Positions 1 through 11,061 of a stretch of 64,000 bases of DNA are shown piece by piece. Each line of letters begins with the position of its first letter. Within the stretch, counting starts at the first letter, position 1. Position numbers and translations under genes: made by a program. Origin of the DNA: an uncultured virus (IMG/VR IMGVR_UViG_3300023174_009220) (taxonomy: Duplodnaviria > Heunggongvirae > Uroviricota > Caudoviricetes); IMG/VR virus record IMGVR_UViG_3300023174_009220; one strand, 5' to 3'. The notes under the pieces were generated by a model. That model worked only from the letters and a program-made list of their open reading frames with translations. It did no database searches and was not told the origin of the DNA.

Positions 1-333
1 GCAACCAGTTTTGTTAGTGGAGCATCAAACACTTTAAAGGCCGGTCAAAACTTATCAAATATTGTTAATCAAACCAGCACTAATTTCTTTAACACTATGG
101 GTCAAAAAATCCAAAATGGATCAGATAACTTTAAGGAAAAATCAAAAGAAGTTTTTACCAATATTTCAGGAGCGGCGACTTCTCTAAAAGATATAAATAG
201 TCAAAATCTGCGTGAAAATTTATTAAACAAAACTTTAGATAAGGCTTACGGTTCAAAAAAAACCATCGAGAAAATTGATCTACAATCTCAACTTAAAGAT
301 TTTCTTGGTAGTTCATTAGGAGGTCAACTATAA
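1..333 (+). CDS. 3' part of a hypothetical (probably tail/baseplate) protein that begins before the window
   Basis: Frame 1 is open from base 1 to the TAA at 331-333; it lies 1 nt upstream of the gp5-like gene. Confidence 0.6.
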   Translation, partial: ATSFVSGASNTLKAGQNLSNIVNQTSTNFFNTMGQKIQNGSDNFKEKSKEVFTNISGAATSLKDINSQNLRENLLNKTLDKAYGSKKTIEKIDLQSQLKDFLGSSLGGQL

Positions 334-334
334 A

Positions 335-2419
335 ATGAAAGGGATTAAAGTTGTTTCTGGGAAAACTTATATTGGAATTGTTGAGGACAACGTAGATCCA
401 GATAAATTAGGTCGCATAAAAATTAGAGTTTTAGATGTCTTCGATGAGGCAAAGATAGAGGAGATTCCCTTTGCGACACCTTGGAAAGACTTAGGAGGTA
501 GCCAAATATCAATACCAGAAAAAGGTAAAGTTGTTATGGTAGTGTTTGAACAAGGCGATGCCTACAAACCAGAATATATATCCACAGAGCACTGGAACGT
601 TAATTTAGAGAACAAGTTAAAGAGTCTTTCGGATTCAGACTACTTATCAATGAAGTCTTTGATTTTTGACCACAAAACACAAATCTATAGCAATGATACC
701 GAAGGACTTAAATTAGACCACAAATGGAACAATATCAACATCAAATCAAACGGAATTAATCTTAATCTTAAAGATAATAATATGATGCTTAATATTGGAG
801 ATGAGGCCGCAAATCAACAAGCAATATTGGGAAATCATTTTTTAGACTGGTTTGACGAGTTTGTAACAACCTTATTAAGTAACACAGCATTTCTTGGTAA
901 TTTAGGTGGTCCAATATTGACCAACCCCGCTCTAATAAGGGTATTGACAAAATACCAATCATTAAAAGATCCGATGTTTCTTTCACACCATGTCAATATT
1001 GTTGATAACAATAAAGTAACTTCTGTTAAGTCAGAACCTAGACAGGAGACGGCTCAAAACGGTGATGTCTGGACATCAACGAAAACACAAAATACGGTAA
1101 CTACCACAACAAACGAAACGAATAAACCAACTACCGGTGACAAGCAACAATATGATGAAAAACACACAGAACCAAGCACTGAAATCCCTGGAGTAAGACC
1201 AGAAGTGGTCGTGACTCCAAAAAATTTACCCAAGCCAACGGGTGATTCTATGGGAACAAACAAAAAAGTTGAAAAAATAATATGGTTCTTAAAGTCTAAA
1301 AATTATAAGATTTTTGAAAAAACTATGGAGTTAAACCTGGTTGCTTTTAGAAACAAAAAAAATGTTAAGGATGAAGAATTATCAAATGTGACTAATAAAT
1401 TTGATGAAAGCTTGGCGGTTTTTTACAAAGATGACAAAAACGAATGGCAACTAATCGAATACTCAATAACAACAGTTCCAGGATTAGTACCACAGAGTAA
1501 AAACCTTCCAAGTAAAGTTGCTATATTAAGATCTGGTCAATATTATGAGGTAATCAGGTTGGGTAATTATTTAGGAAATGAAAACTATAAATGTTTAATC
1601 TTTGATTCTTGTGAGATACACAGAAATGATAAGATAGACCGATATAATTTTGATTCTCCAAGTGAACGTGGAAATTTTGCAATTACAATTCATGCTTCAT
1701 CAGAAATTAGCAGCAGTGAATATATTTTTAATTACTCTGAAGGAGCCCAAGTATTTAAAAATAAAAACCAATATGACCAATTTATAAAACTTTGCCAGAG
1801 GCAAATTGAAACATCAAAGAAAACAACTTTTACATATACACTCTGTGATAAATCAGAATTTGACCAATATCCTGAGCCAGATAAACAAAGAGAGGAACTT
1901 AGTAAAATAACACAACCTAATCCAGTTGTTTCTAATCAAGAAGAGACACCACAAACCGTGACCGCAGAGGTTGTCAAAATACCAATATCTCCAGGTCTTT
2001 CAAAGTTAGGAACAAAGAAAGATGATTTAGAATTAGGTGTTAAACTATATAAAGGTCTAAATGGTCAAGAAGTATCCAAACTTCAACAAATACTTAATCG
2101 AATTAATTCTGATTATTATTTAGGCAAATATGTTTCTGTTAAAGAGACAGGTCTTTTCGATGAATCGACATTGAAACTGCTTATGTCAATCACAAATGCC
2201 AAATCTATTGATTTATTTACAGCTTATACAATTCTTTATGGATACAGCAAAGAGCTTTGGGACAAAGGACAGGGTCTGGATTTTTCAAACACTCTCAAAA
2301 AAGAATTGATACTCCTAAAACCTCCATACAACATTGCTTCAAATGTAAAGTATTTACGTGAGAATCCAGAAGAAAGAGCAGCTATTAAAAAGAGATATCA
2401 ATCATCTAGACCGATATAA
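335..2419 (+). CDS. Baseplate hub/spike protein, T4 gp5/VgrG OB-fold N-terminus, C-terminal peptidoglycan-binding-like domain
   Basis: N-terminal YIGIVEDNVDPDKLGRIKIRV...IPEKGKVVMVVFEQGD is the typical Gp5_OB pattern; LYKGLNGQEVSKLQQILN resembles PG_binding_1. Confidence 0.8.
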   Translation: MKGIKVVSGKTYIGIVEDNVDPDKLGRIKIRVLDVFDEAKIEEIPFATPWKDLGGSQISIPEKGKVVMVVFEQGDAYKPEYISTEHWNVNLENKLKSLSDSDYLSMKSLIFDHKTQIYSNDTEGLKLDHKWNNINIKSNGINLNLKDNNMMLNIGDEAANQQAILGNHFLDWFDEFVTTLLSNTAFLGNLGGPILTNPALIRVLTKYQSLKDPMFLSHHVNIVDNNKVTSVKSEPRQETAQNGDVWTSTKTQNTVTTTTNETNKPTTGDKQQYDEKHTEPSTEIPGVRPEVVVTPKNLPKPTGDSMGTNKKVEKIIWFLKSKNYKIFEKTMELNLVAFRNKKNVKDEELSNVTNKFDESLAVFYKDDKNEWQLIEYSITTVPGLVPQSKNLPSKVAILRSGQYYEVIRLGNYLGNENYKCLIFDSCEIHRNDKIDRYNFDSPSERGNFAITIHASSEISSSEYIFNYSEGAQVFKNKNQYDQFIKLCQRQIETSKKTTFTYTLCDKSEFDQYPEPDKQREELSKITQPNPVVSNQEETPQTVTAEVVKIPISPGLSKLGTKKDDLELGVKLYKGLNGQEVSKLQQILNRINSDYYLGKYVSVKETGLFDESTLKLLMSITNAKSIDLFTAYTILYGYSKELWDKGQGLDFSNTLKKELILLKPPYNIASNVKYLRENPEERAAIKKRYQSSRPI

Positions 2420-2475
2420 GAAAATTTTTTTAATTTATTTTTTAATATATAAGTTAAAATTATAAATAAACTACT

Positions 2476-2736
2476 ATGGATAATCCAAAATACTTTGTCA
2501 CGATTTCAAATGTTCCATCAAGAACTAATGGTCAACAAAATGTAAACATCGCAGGTGTTACACAATCTATGAACACGTATTCTGGAGAATATTTTGTAGC
2601 AAGTATGCCAGAGTTAAGAATCACCGCTACTGGTTCTTCTTATACAGATGCATTGGATAATTTATTGATTATCGCCACAGCTTCATCAACACTTAATAAT
2701 GGATTTGCCCCTTTGACAAATACTAAATTTTTCTAA
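2476..2736 (+). CDS. Hypothetical protein (late gene)
   Basis: 86-aa ORF preceded by TAATATATA at ~2444. Confidence 0.65.
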   Translation: MDNPKYFVTISNVPSRTNGQQNVNIAGVTQSMNTYSGEYFVASMPELRITATGSSYTDALDNLLIIATASSTLNNGFAPLTNTKFF

Positions 2737-2750
2737 AAAAGAGATTTGGT

Positions 2751-4967
2751 CTAGAACTCATTCTTACCAAAAGGCAATTTTGACCCCTTCCAACGCCAAC
2801 AAAATGTTCTTGTGGGGTTTCTATCTGCGACTTTACTCCATTTTTTTACACTATAGTTCTTTTTTCCACAACCTCTCGGATCTGACGAGTTTCCGAACCC
2901 TGCCGAACTATTAGAAGCAACGACCCAGCTACCATCTTTATGTTTCTCATCAATCACAACACCAATATGACCGGCTTTATTTGTAGCGAAGTTTCTTTCG
3001 GTGTTAATTATATCCCCTGGTTGACCTTCTAGATATGGTATTTGCTGCCATAAGCTGGGATTTTTAGGAAAAACCTGACCTAAATCAGCAGTTCCTTTGC
3101 TTCCAAAGTCTTCAATCTTTTTAGGTATTTTCTTTACTGGTTTACCGTCTATCATACTTAGCCCAAATGCTCTATAAAACACCATAGAAACCCATGAAGC
3201 ACAACCTAGGTTACCGCTTTCCGTTCCCTCTATATCAAAAGTAGGATGTTCTATATGTGCTTTCGCAGAGACTAGTAAATTACCATACCATTGAGAGTTT
3301 GTCAAGTTATATCCCTGTTCCGCGGTGTGAGAGTATGCTTTTGAACCAATTGGAACCTTTACAACTTTAGGATCCGCATATCCTGTTGTGGTTTCTGGAC
3401 TCGGTGATGCCTGAGGGTCGACTGTTCCGGGGTCATATGATTGAACCGAGGATTTGCTGTCTTGTAGGTCTGAAACAACTTCCTGTAAAAATTCGGGGGT
3501 TTCTTCTTCTAGTCCTGCAAAACTTTCTTCTAAATATTCCGGTGAAATATTCGACATTTCGTCTGTCTCCTCTGAGTAAATGTAGCCTTCAGGTGCAACA
3601 TCTGATTGAATTTCACCAATCCATAGACTGAACGGAGGTGCCTTTTCATCGGCTTTTATTATCCAATTGTCTGGAAATTGAGTTAGTAATTTTAATTTAC
3701 TTATCTGACTTGCCGTAGCCGAATCGCTCACTGATGATGCGCTCGAAGAGAGAAGTGGTAAATTTGAAGAAGTTCCAACTTGTTGAAATTTGAATTTCGT
3801 TCCATCTGGGTAAATATCAACACCCCCTAATAAGCCCCAACCATTTAAAGGGGAATAGTCAGGTATCAAACCAGTTGTCGGTGGAACATAGTCGGGTGTA
3901 GCTAACTTTAGTCCATAGTCTTTGGCGATTGGGTAGGCTAATGACAACTCTTTAACCCAAGTTTCAATCGTTTTTGAAATTATGACATCATCGTTAACTC
4001 CTTCGAATTTATAAAATTGTGAAAAAGGAGAACCCGGTTGTGATTGTAGATTGTGTGTATAATCAGGCTTTAAATTTTCGTCAAATGACCATCTCCTTTT
4101 TTCTTCGATAAATTCACCAGTTTCATCAATAGCCGAAATTCTTTTAGGAATAATAATGACTTGCTTAATGATATCTTTTGGTGTATTTATTTCTTTAAGA
4201 TTAGAATCTGAGTATTCATAACCAGAAACATCTTGAAATATTTCAGTTGGCCCGACCGGTGGAAAAACCACCACATTCTGTTGTAATGTTGGAGTATCAT
4301 TTTCTATTTCTAAACTAAGCACGTAATTTTTGTTTGCGAAGCCACTCGAAAATCCCATTGTTGTTGATTCTAAATTTGCATCTACCACAGAAGATGTTAA
4401 TGAAAAAGAAGCTGGATTGTAAAACAATCTAAACTGATTTGGAAAGTCTACCTCTATATCAGATGGTTTTTTACCATCAAAAAAGACATCACCAATTACA
4501 AGTATATGTGTTGGAGTAGAATTTGTGCCGTTATTGTAGAGGTATTCAGAATTAAATGAATATGAAATTGGTAGTTTCTTTTTCCACTCTATTTTAATTG
4601 CAGAACCGTTGTTCAGGTAGTATGGGTCATCGCCATAATTCCTCAATATTGGATTTTTTTCTTCCCACGGGTCTTGTAATATTTTAAACAAAGTTTTACT
4701 CTCTGGAAGACCCAGTCTGGTTTTTTCTCTTGATGAATTAGCTGATATGAATTCTGATATAATCTCGTCATTGGTTTTAGCGTCATACCTGGGTCCTGAA
4801 AATTCAGTTTCTTGCCAATAAGACTGACCTGAACTCGGGATTACAGCCGTGACTTTTCTCTGAGTATTTGACGAGGTAAGACCATAAACAGTCAATTTTA
4901 AATCCAACAACCCACTGTTCGATCCGTTTGTAAGCTTTCTAACTCGAACACTTTTTAACTCAATCAT
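2751..4967 (-). CDS. Virion-associated protein with C-terminal CHAP/NlpC-P60-like cysteine peptidase/amidase domain
   Basis: GCASWVSMVF ... PGDIINT ... GHIGVV catalytic Cys/His pattern; lies in the baseplate cluster. Confidence 0.65.
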   Translation of the reverse strand: MIELKSVRVRKLTNGSNSGLLDLKLTVYGLTSSNTQRKVTAVIPSSGQSYWQETEFSGPRYDAKTNDEIISEFISANSSREKTRLGLPESKTLFKILQDPWEEKNPILRNYGDDPYYLNNGSAIKIEWKKKLPISYSFNSEYLYNNGTNSTPTHILVIGDVFFDGKKPSDIEVDFPNQFRLFYNPASFSLTSSVVDANLESTTMGFSSGFANKNYVLSLEIENDTPTLQQNVVVFPPVGPTEIFQDVSGYEYSDSNLKEINTPKDIIKQVIIIPKRISAIDETGEFIEEKRRWSFDENLKPDYTHNLQSQPGSPFSQFYKFEGVNDDVIISKTIETWVKELSLAYPIAKDYGLKLATPDYVPPTTGLIPDYSPLNGWGLLGGVDIYPDGTKFKFQQVGTSSNLPLLSSSASSVSDSATASQISKLKLLTQFPDNWIIKADEKAPPFSLWIGEIQSDVAPEGYIYSEETDEMSNISPEYLEESFAGLEEETPEFLQEVVSDLQDSKSSVQSYDPGTVDPQASPSPETTTGYADPKVVKVPIGSKAYSHTAEQGYNLTNSQWYGNLLVSAKAHIEHPTFDIEGTESGNLGCASWVSMVFYRAFGLSMIDGKPVKKIPKKIEDFGSKGTADLGQVFPKNPSLWQQIPYLEGQPGDIINTERNFATNKAGHIGVVIDEKHKDGSWVVASNSSAGFGNSSDPRGCGKKNYSVKKWSKVADRNPTRTFCWRWKGSKLPFGKNEF

Positions 4968-4968
4968 A

Positions 4969-5541
4969 TCAGATTCCTCCTACAATATAATTTCCATTTT
5001 TTATCTGAGCACCCTCTTTTGGTTCTTTATTCACAGTTGGCGGCAAAGCAACACCGTCTTGAAGATATCTTTGTCTGGTGGAATCGGTTCTTGTGGTTTT
5101 ATCAGGTACTCCTAATTTTGAAATAGTATCTTTTGAACCTGTTTGTATATCTGCTTCTTTAGCTATTCTAAACCTATCGAAATCGGCTAATGGTGGGTAA
5201 AATATCACTTGACCAGTTTTGATATTTAGGGGATTATCTATGTTATTAATTGTAAATAATATATCTATTTCTTGATAAAATCTACTTAGTTCGAAGTCTG
5301 AAATGTCATAAATATTTTTTAAAATTAGGTCTATTCTCATTTCTTCTTCTGGTTTTACAATATAGGAATTTAAATTGACACCTTCGACAAAATTTTTTAT
5401 AGTTGCTCTAAAAAGGTCATAAATGGAGTTATTATCCGCTGCCAATTCTACGTCTTTGACATCATTGCTAATTGATGTAACTGAAGGTTTTTTATCAATT
5501 GTTGATAAAATTACTTGTTGATTTAGTGACTTAATATCCAT
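4969..5541 (-). CDS. Baseplate wedge protein (gp53/LysM-like)
   Basis: YIVKPEEEMRIDLI..IY..LFTINNIDNPLNIKTGQVIFYP pattern. Confidence 0.65.
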   Translation of the reverse strand: MDIKSLNQQVILSTIDKKPSVTSISNDVKDVELAADNNSIYDLFRATIKNFVEGVNLNSYIVKPEEEMRIDLILKNIYDISDFELSRFYQEIDILFTINNIDNPLNIKTGQVIFYPPLADFDRFRIAKEADIQTGSKDTISKLGVPDKTTRTDSTRQRYLQDGVALPPTVNKEPKEGAQIKNGNYIVGGI

Positions 5542-5560
5542 ATCTTTCTTATTTTATTTA

Positions 5561-7633
5561 TCAAAATTCGTCTATCAAAATGTCTTTTGCACCTTTTATA
5601 GCAGATAATTTAGCTGCTGCTAAGTCTGAAGTAATGGTCGATGTGACTTTTGTTCCAGAATTATTACTACCACTTATTGGTGTATAGAATCCTGCAGATT
5701 GACTTTTCTCAACTGACCAGAATGCGGTTGGAGGTGGTCCTGTTCCAGAGAACGGTGTGCCGACGGCGTCTATGTAATTTATGGTGCCCTGCTCAACTAC
5801 CTCTCCGGACTTCCACTCTGTGCTTTGAGTTTGTGATTCTTTTTTAGCCGCTGGTTGACCCGAATTAGGGTCTGAATTAATTGTCTCTTTGGTGTTTCCT
5901 ACTTTTGACTCCGGTGTCTTTGATCCTTCTTGACCAAGTGCTGCATTGGGATTAGAACCCGGTTTTGTATCTGTTGGAGTTTGAGGAGAAGTAGATCCGT
6001 TTTGTTGAGTGTTTGAAAACGTTGCTGTAATCTGCTGACTATCTTCTTTAGCAAATGCATATAAATCGTCGTTTATTAACTCACTCGGCGATGTCATATT
6101 TGAATCCTTTCTGATATTAACACTTCTAATGTTGCCTGTGTTAAATTTTGCCATAATTTCTTGCAAACCCCAAGGTCTGGCATTTGACAAAGAAAAACTA
6201 ACTTTGATATTTGCAGGTAAATCGTTAAACATTAATGTAGAACCCATTGTCAAATTAACGTCTGTTGTGTACATATCACCAGCTGAAAAAATTGGTCTTA
6301 GTGGATTTCCAATAGTGACATGCCATGGGGTTGACGGAAGACCACTTAGCGCAGAAACAACACCTTTAATTTTTTGTTCATACTTTTGTATAACTTTAGA
6401 TAGAGATTCCAACACTTTGTCAAAAGCTTTTGTCGCAAAGTCCATTAATTGAGTTGCTATATTTAGAGTCTCTGCTGAGCTCTCCTCCTTTGGCTTTTCA
6501 CCACCTCCCGCCTCGTCGATAACAGTTTGTATAAATTTTTTGACTTCATCAACCACCGTAGTCAAAGCATCCTTAAAAGCCTGTACAACATCTTTAATCA
6601 AAAGGCTCGGGTTTTTAGCCCAGCCTTTTATTTTTTGACCAAACTCTGGATCTAACCCAAAATCGGTTTTATTTGAGGTCGCAAATCTTAAGACATTTTG
6701 TATTATATCCTGATAGACTATGGTGGGATCTAATCCCGAAATAAATTTTTGTTCATACTCTACATCAACTTTAATTTCACATTTACAACTTAGACCAGAA
6801 CCAGCTTCGCCGTTAGCAACAGTTTTTCTTTTTTTGGCTTCCTTTATCAAGTTCGGATCACCAGCCGGTAACCTTCTTCCACTTGAACCAGCTGAATAAA
6901 CTCCAATTTTCTCCAAAACATACCTCTGTAGATTTTCAGTCCATCCTGGGAGCGGTATCGCGTTAAATAACTGAGCCGCTTGACCCCCTAATCCAGAAAC
7001 TCTAAATAAATCTTCGCCTATAGAATTGATGATGCCCTCAAAACTTGCTTCTGCTTCCTCCCAAACTTCTCCAAATGATATATCTAAAAAATCCGTTCCT
7101 GGTGGTCGAAATCCTATCAAAACAGAAATTGGACTAACACCCAATCGATAAACATCATCTCCAACAGGACCCGGAAATCTTCTACAAATAATTAGTCTAT
7201 TGTTTGGATAATTCCCTATGTCTTTTAAATAAGCAAAATCAGATGGTCGCAGTGTAGCACTTTTACTTGACGATAACTTATCTACAATATTTAATATCGA
7301 AGTATCGTAGACATCATTGTTGTGTAGTGTATTTTTTGAAACACCCGGATAGTCATCAACTAACCCAGTATTATCAGAGTCGGCTTTGCCGGTTGTTCCT
7401 ATTCCAGGCCAAGGCTTTACAAGTGTTGAACCTGTAAAAACCGAAAAGGCGCCACTTTTAGATGACTTTTGACCTGATTTTTTCAACTTAGCTTTATCAG
7501 CTTCGCGGCCTGCGTTGTAAAAATTAACATTGATATTTCTTGATTTACCACCACCAAATGTTGACATACCGTCCTTAGTTGGACCACTAAGGACATTGAT
7601 TAAGTTCAATGGTGAACCACCTAAAATTGGCAT
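5561..7633 (-). CDS. Putative baseplate/tail-tube initiator (gp48/gp54-like) structural protein
   Basis: 690-aa ORF heading the operon with the gp53-like gene; upstream TATATA; PWHVTIGNPLRPIF..GDM segment; function inferred from context. Confidence 0.5.
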   Translation of the reverse strand: MPILGGSPLNLINVLSGPTKDGMSTFGGGKSRNINVNFYNAGREADKAKLKKSGQKSSKSGAFSVFTGSTLVKPWPGIGTTGKADSDNTGLVDDYPGVSKNTLHNNDVYDTSILNIVDKLSSSKSATLRPSDFAYLKDIGNYPNNRLIICRRFPGPVGDDVYRLGVSPISVLIGFRPPGTDFLDISFGEVWEEAEASFEGIINSIGEDLFRVSGLGGQAAQLFNAIPLPGWTENLQRYVLEKIGVYSAGSSGRRLPAGDPNLIKEAKKRKTVANGEAGSGLSCKCEIKVDVEYEQKFISGLDPTIVYQDIIQNVLRFATSNKTDFGLDPEFGQKIKGWAKNPSLLIKDVVQAFKDALTTVVDEVKKFIQTVIDEAGGGEKPKEESSAETLNIATQLMDFATKAFDKVLESLSKVIQKYEQKIKGVVSALSGLPSTPWHVTIGNPLRPIFSAGDMYTTDVNLTMGSTLMFNDLPANIKVSFSLSNARPWGLQEIMAKFNTGNIRSVNIRKDSNMTSPSELINDDLYAFAKEDSQQITATFSNTQQNGSTSPQTPTDTKPGSNPNAALGQEGSKTPESKVGNTKETINSDPNSGQPAAKKESQTQSTEWKSGEVVEQGTINYIDAVGTPFSGTGPPPTAFWSVEKSQSAGFYTPISGSNNSGTKVTSTITSDLAAAKLSAIKGAKDILIDEF

Positions 7634-7664
7634 AAATTAATTTAATTTTGATTTATATATTAAA

Positions 7665-8054
7665 TCAATAGTCTCTGATGATTTGCGAATTAGAAAATTT
7701 TGAAAGGTTTCCAAATACATCATCTATGATGTCCGGGTTTCTTCTAAACTCGTTATAAAAAACCAACACATTAAAATTATTTTCACCAAGCATTTTTTTT
7801 AGATTTAAAAGTTTTTCTATTGAAAAATCTTGTTCAAAGTCCGGAATATAATAAATATCCTTCTTTTTTTCGACAGCCTGTTGTATTTTATTAAATACTA
7901 AAATTTTTAGATACGTTTTATCATTGATAAAATCGACTTCCTCTTCATCGATTATCTTTTTAATATCTATAATGTACTTATTTTTAATTCGATTAGTTTT
8001 AACATACTTATCGAATTTTTTACGAGTTTTACAATAGACACAAAAGAACTCCAT
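7665..8054 (-). CDS. Hypothetical protein
   Basis: 129-aa ORF with upstream TATATA. Confidence 0.65.
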   Translation of the reverse strand: MEFFCVYCKTRKKFDKYVKTNRIKNKYIIDIKKIIDEEEVDFINDKTYLKILVFNKIQQAVEKKKDIYYIPDFEQDFSIEKLLNLKKMLGENNFNVLVFYNEFRRNPDIIDDVFGNLSKFSNSQIIRDY

Positions 8055-8144
8055 TATCTTTAATAATTTGATGTGTTATATATAAGTCCAAATAAAGTCC
8101 CTACCCCTTTTAGTAAATAGTTATGAAATTTAATATATACTTTT

Positions 8145-9518
8145 ATGAGAACATACTCTGATAAATTTTTGAACCACTCTAAAAAGTTAAAATCTGCCGT
8201 GGTTGGTTTTGAATTTGAATTTTACCTGAAAGATTTATCGTATTATAAAACTTTAGAGATGTTAAATGCTGAATTGAACCCGGTTAAAGTCTGGGGATTT
8301 AGACAATATCACTCCGACTTTCAACCCGATGCGCTCAACTTCAAAATTGAACCAGACCTATCAGGAGGGGCTAATATGGTGGAGCTCGTTACTGGTCCGA
8401 TGAGTTTTTATGATGCTAAATACTTTTTAATTAAAATTATTAATTTTATTCAAAGACACGGTTATACAAACGATAAATCATCGGTTCACTTTAATATAAG
8501 CTTTTCAGACCAAAACCTAAATCATTTAAATGCCTTAAAACTTATCTTAAATTTAGACGAAGAAGAAATTTATAAAAACTATCCATCAAGAAAGTCCAAT
8601 GTCTATTCTAAAAGTGTTAAAAAAATCATACCATACAAAGAATACGACTTTTTCAATATTCCTATATCGGTGGTTAAAAATAATTTGAGACTTCCTAATG
8701 ATAAATATTATGGTATAAACTTTTTAAACATCAATAATAACAAAGAATCGCAGAGACTTGAGTTCAGATATATCGGCGGAAAAGACTACGAATCTAACTT
8801 GGGTCAATTAATTTATTTTTTAGAAAAGTTTATCATTTTAACTTGGGATTGTATCAATCAAGATTTTGACACAGAAGACGCCTCTAAATTAGAGGATTAT
8901 TTAGATTTGAATATAAAAACCTATAATAACTTTTCACATTACGATAATTTTATTACAAATTTTCCAAGCGTCCAGTTACAAATCGATCAAGATTACTCGT
9001 ATGAGGTTGTCTCGGCATATTATCAAAAAGTTTATCCAAAGATTTTCTCAATCGTTGATTCTTGTGAAAAGTTAGAAAACTGTATCATAAATTACGTTAC
9101 ACAAACACAAACATTTGAAGTAGTAGATGTGACATTAAAAACCACACAAACTATGAAAGATGTTGACTTTGTAAATTCTAAACTTGAAGGTTTGTTTGAT
9201 AATTGCCTTTTTTTGGGATGTGAAATAAAAAACTCACAATGCCTTAAGTCTAAGTTAATACAGACTGATTGCGATGAATCAAAAGTATTAAGTTGTAAAG
9301 TTGACCAGTCACAATTGAAAAACTGCTATTTTGTTGGTGGATACTTGAATGGTGATATGATAGGAGGAGTCTATCGTTCTGGGAAATTAGGTCCATTTGC
9401 AACTATGGATGCTGACGTTAAAATCGTCAGAGATAGTGATAACTTCTTTGATACTAAATATGAAGATGAGGCTAAGGGTGATAAGAAAGGAGTTATCTCG
9501 GGCTATGACAAGAAATAA
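8145..9518 (+). CDS. Putative amidoligase (COOH-NH2 ligase) family protein with C-terminal beta-helix-like repeats
   Basis: GFEFE ... IEPDLS ... ELVT ... SSVHFNIS ... KYYGIN ... LEFR motifs. Confidence 0.7.
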   Translation: MRTYSDKFLNHSKKLKSAVVGFEFEFYLKDLSYYKTLEMLNAELNPVKVWGFRQYHSDFQPDALNFKIEPDLSGGANMVELVTGPMSFYDAKYFLIKIINFIQRHGYTNDKSSVHFNISFSDQNLNHLNALKLILNLDEEEIYKNYPSRKSNVYSKSVKKIIPYKEYDFFNIPISVVKNNLRLPNDKYYGINFLNINNNKESQRLEFRYIGGKDYESNLGQLIYFLEKFIILTWDCINQDFDTEDASKLEDYLDLNIKTYNNFSHYDNFITNFPSVQLQIDQDYSYEVVSAYYQKVYPKIFSIVDSCEKLENCIINYVTQTQTFEVVDVTLKTTQTMKDVDFVNSKLEGLFDNCLFLGCEIKNSQCLKSKLIQTDCDESKVLSCKVDQSQLKNCYFVGGYLNGDMIGGVYRSGKLGPFATMDADVKIVRDSDNFFDTKYEDEAKGDKKGVISGYDKK

Positions 9519-9570
9519 TACCTCTATTCAAATTTAATATATAACTAATATACTAAAAATAATTAATGAT

Positions 9571-11061
9571 ATGTTAAAAAAATTCGGACAGTTTATTACA
9601 GAAGAAGCATCACCAAGACTGCCAAAAAGTGAAGAATATTGGTTAAAAAAGGGCAAAGAGGGTAAAAAAGTTGCCATTTATACACACGATGACATGGATG
9701 GTATTTTTTCAGCGATTGAAGTAAAAAAATACTTACTTAATTCCGGATTTCAAATAGTTAAATATGGCATCATTAATTATTCAGAGGGTTGGAAATATAC
9801 CACTGTTGACCCTAAGTTAATAAATGTGGTCGTGGATTTTGCGAATATGCCAGGGGACAAGAGAGACCAATATATTGACTATTATTTAGACCACCACGGT
9901 TCATTTACAGAGTTTGAATTAGATAAATATAAATCTTCTCCAATTCAAAAGAAAAAAACAGCCTCTGCCTATGAAGCTATCTGTCAGAATCTCGGAGTTC
10001 CACAAGATGAACTAACAGTTTCGGTAATTGATATGATTGATGCTGCTAAATATACCGATTATGAGGTAGATTGGTCAAGACTACTTGACTTTAATCTATC
10101 TGATATAAAGAAGTCTGATAAAGTAAGATTGGAGTTTGCTGCAGCATTTAACCAATTTTTGAAAAGGTCAGACCATAAAACACTGATATCTGTTATACAC
10201 AACTGTCCAGATGCTTCTATTTACTCTGTTTTCAACGTCATGAAAAAAGTTTATCCAGAACATAATGTCTTTCCAAAAACAGGACAGAAAAAGGATTTTT
10301 TATCAGACTCACAATGGAGAATGACACAAATGGCTAAAAGGACTAGAGGTCAAAATTCTTATAAAAAGAAATATACAACTCAGACTGAATTTCTAACAGA
10401 TTTTTCATATGGAGCTGGTATAAAATTAGATGGTTATCAAATTATAGGTAACTTAGCCTTTATACCAACTGGCACTTGGGCAAATGCTTTAAGAGCTAGA
10501 ACTATCATCTCTGATGATTTCAAATCAGGTTTAATAGAAGAAGAGCCTAACTTTATATTGTTACAATATGGCGGAACTCTACAAGTCTGTTCATATTCTA
10601 AAATTGATGAAATCCAAAATTTACCACAATATAAAGACGGATCAACAATCAATGATTTAGGAATTTATATGACCAGTTTATTAAAAAATTTCCAACAACA
10701 TTTGGGTTATTATAATCCAGATACTTCCCTTGGACAAGACGAAATAACAGTGTCAGGAGGACACGGTGGCATTGGTTCCATTTCTAATATATTTGGCGAT
10801 TGCCAGGTAAGTCCTTACGAGGGCTGTAGATTTGTAGATATGTTTAAAAATAAAATAATAAGTGATCTATCAGGAGTCCAATTCAACATCAAAACTAAAT
10901 GGAATGAACCGGTTGAGAGTAAATCCAAAGAACCAGCTATGGATAACAAAGTGTTAAATATAGAAGACGTAACCAAATTAGACACAAAAGGAGATATTAT
11001 TAAAGAAAACAATAGGGTAATTGCTAAATTTAAAAAATTTAATTTAGGAGGTTTAAGGTAA
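9571..11061 (+). CDS. DHH-family phosphoesterase-like protein with N-terminal capsid-targeting-like peptide
   Basis: HDDMDG, VVDF, LDHH and SGGHGG motifs; N-terminus MLKKFGQFITE. Confidence 0.7.
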   Translation: MLKKFGQFITEEASPRLPKSEEYWLKKGKEGKKVAIYTHDDMDGIFSAIEVKKYLLNSGFQIVKYGIINYSEGWKYTTVDPKLINVVVDFANMPGDKRDQYIDYYLDHHGSFTEFELDKYKSSPIQKKKTASAYEAICQNLGVPQDELTVSVIDMIDAAKYTDYEVDWSRLLDFNLSDIKKSDKVRLEFAAAFNQFLKRSDHKTLISVIHNCPDASIYSVFNVMKKVYPEHNVFPKTGQKKDFLSDSQWRMTQMAKRTRGQNSYKKKYTTQTEFLTDFSYGAGIKLDGYQIIGNLAFIPTGTWANALRARTIISDDFKSGLIEEEPNFILLQYGGTLQVCSYSKIDEIQNLPQYKDGSTINDLGIYMTSLLKNFQQHLGYYNPDTSLGQDEITVSGGHGGIGSISNIFGDCQVSPYEGCRFVDMFKNKIISDLSGVQFNIKTKWNEPVESKSKEPAMDNKVLNIEDVTKLDTKGDIIKENNRVIAKFKKFNLGGLR

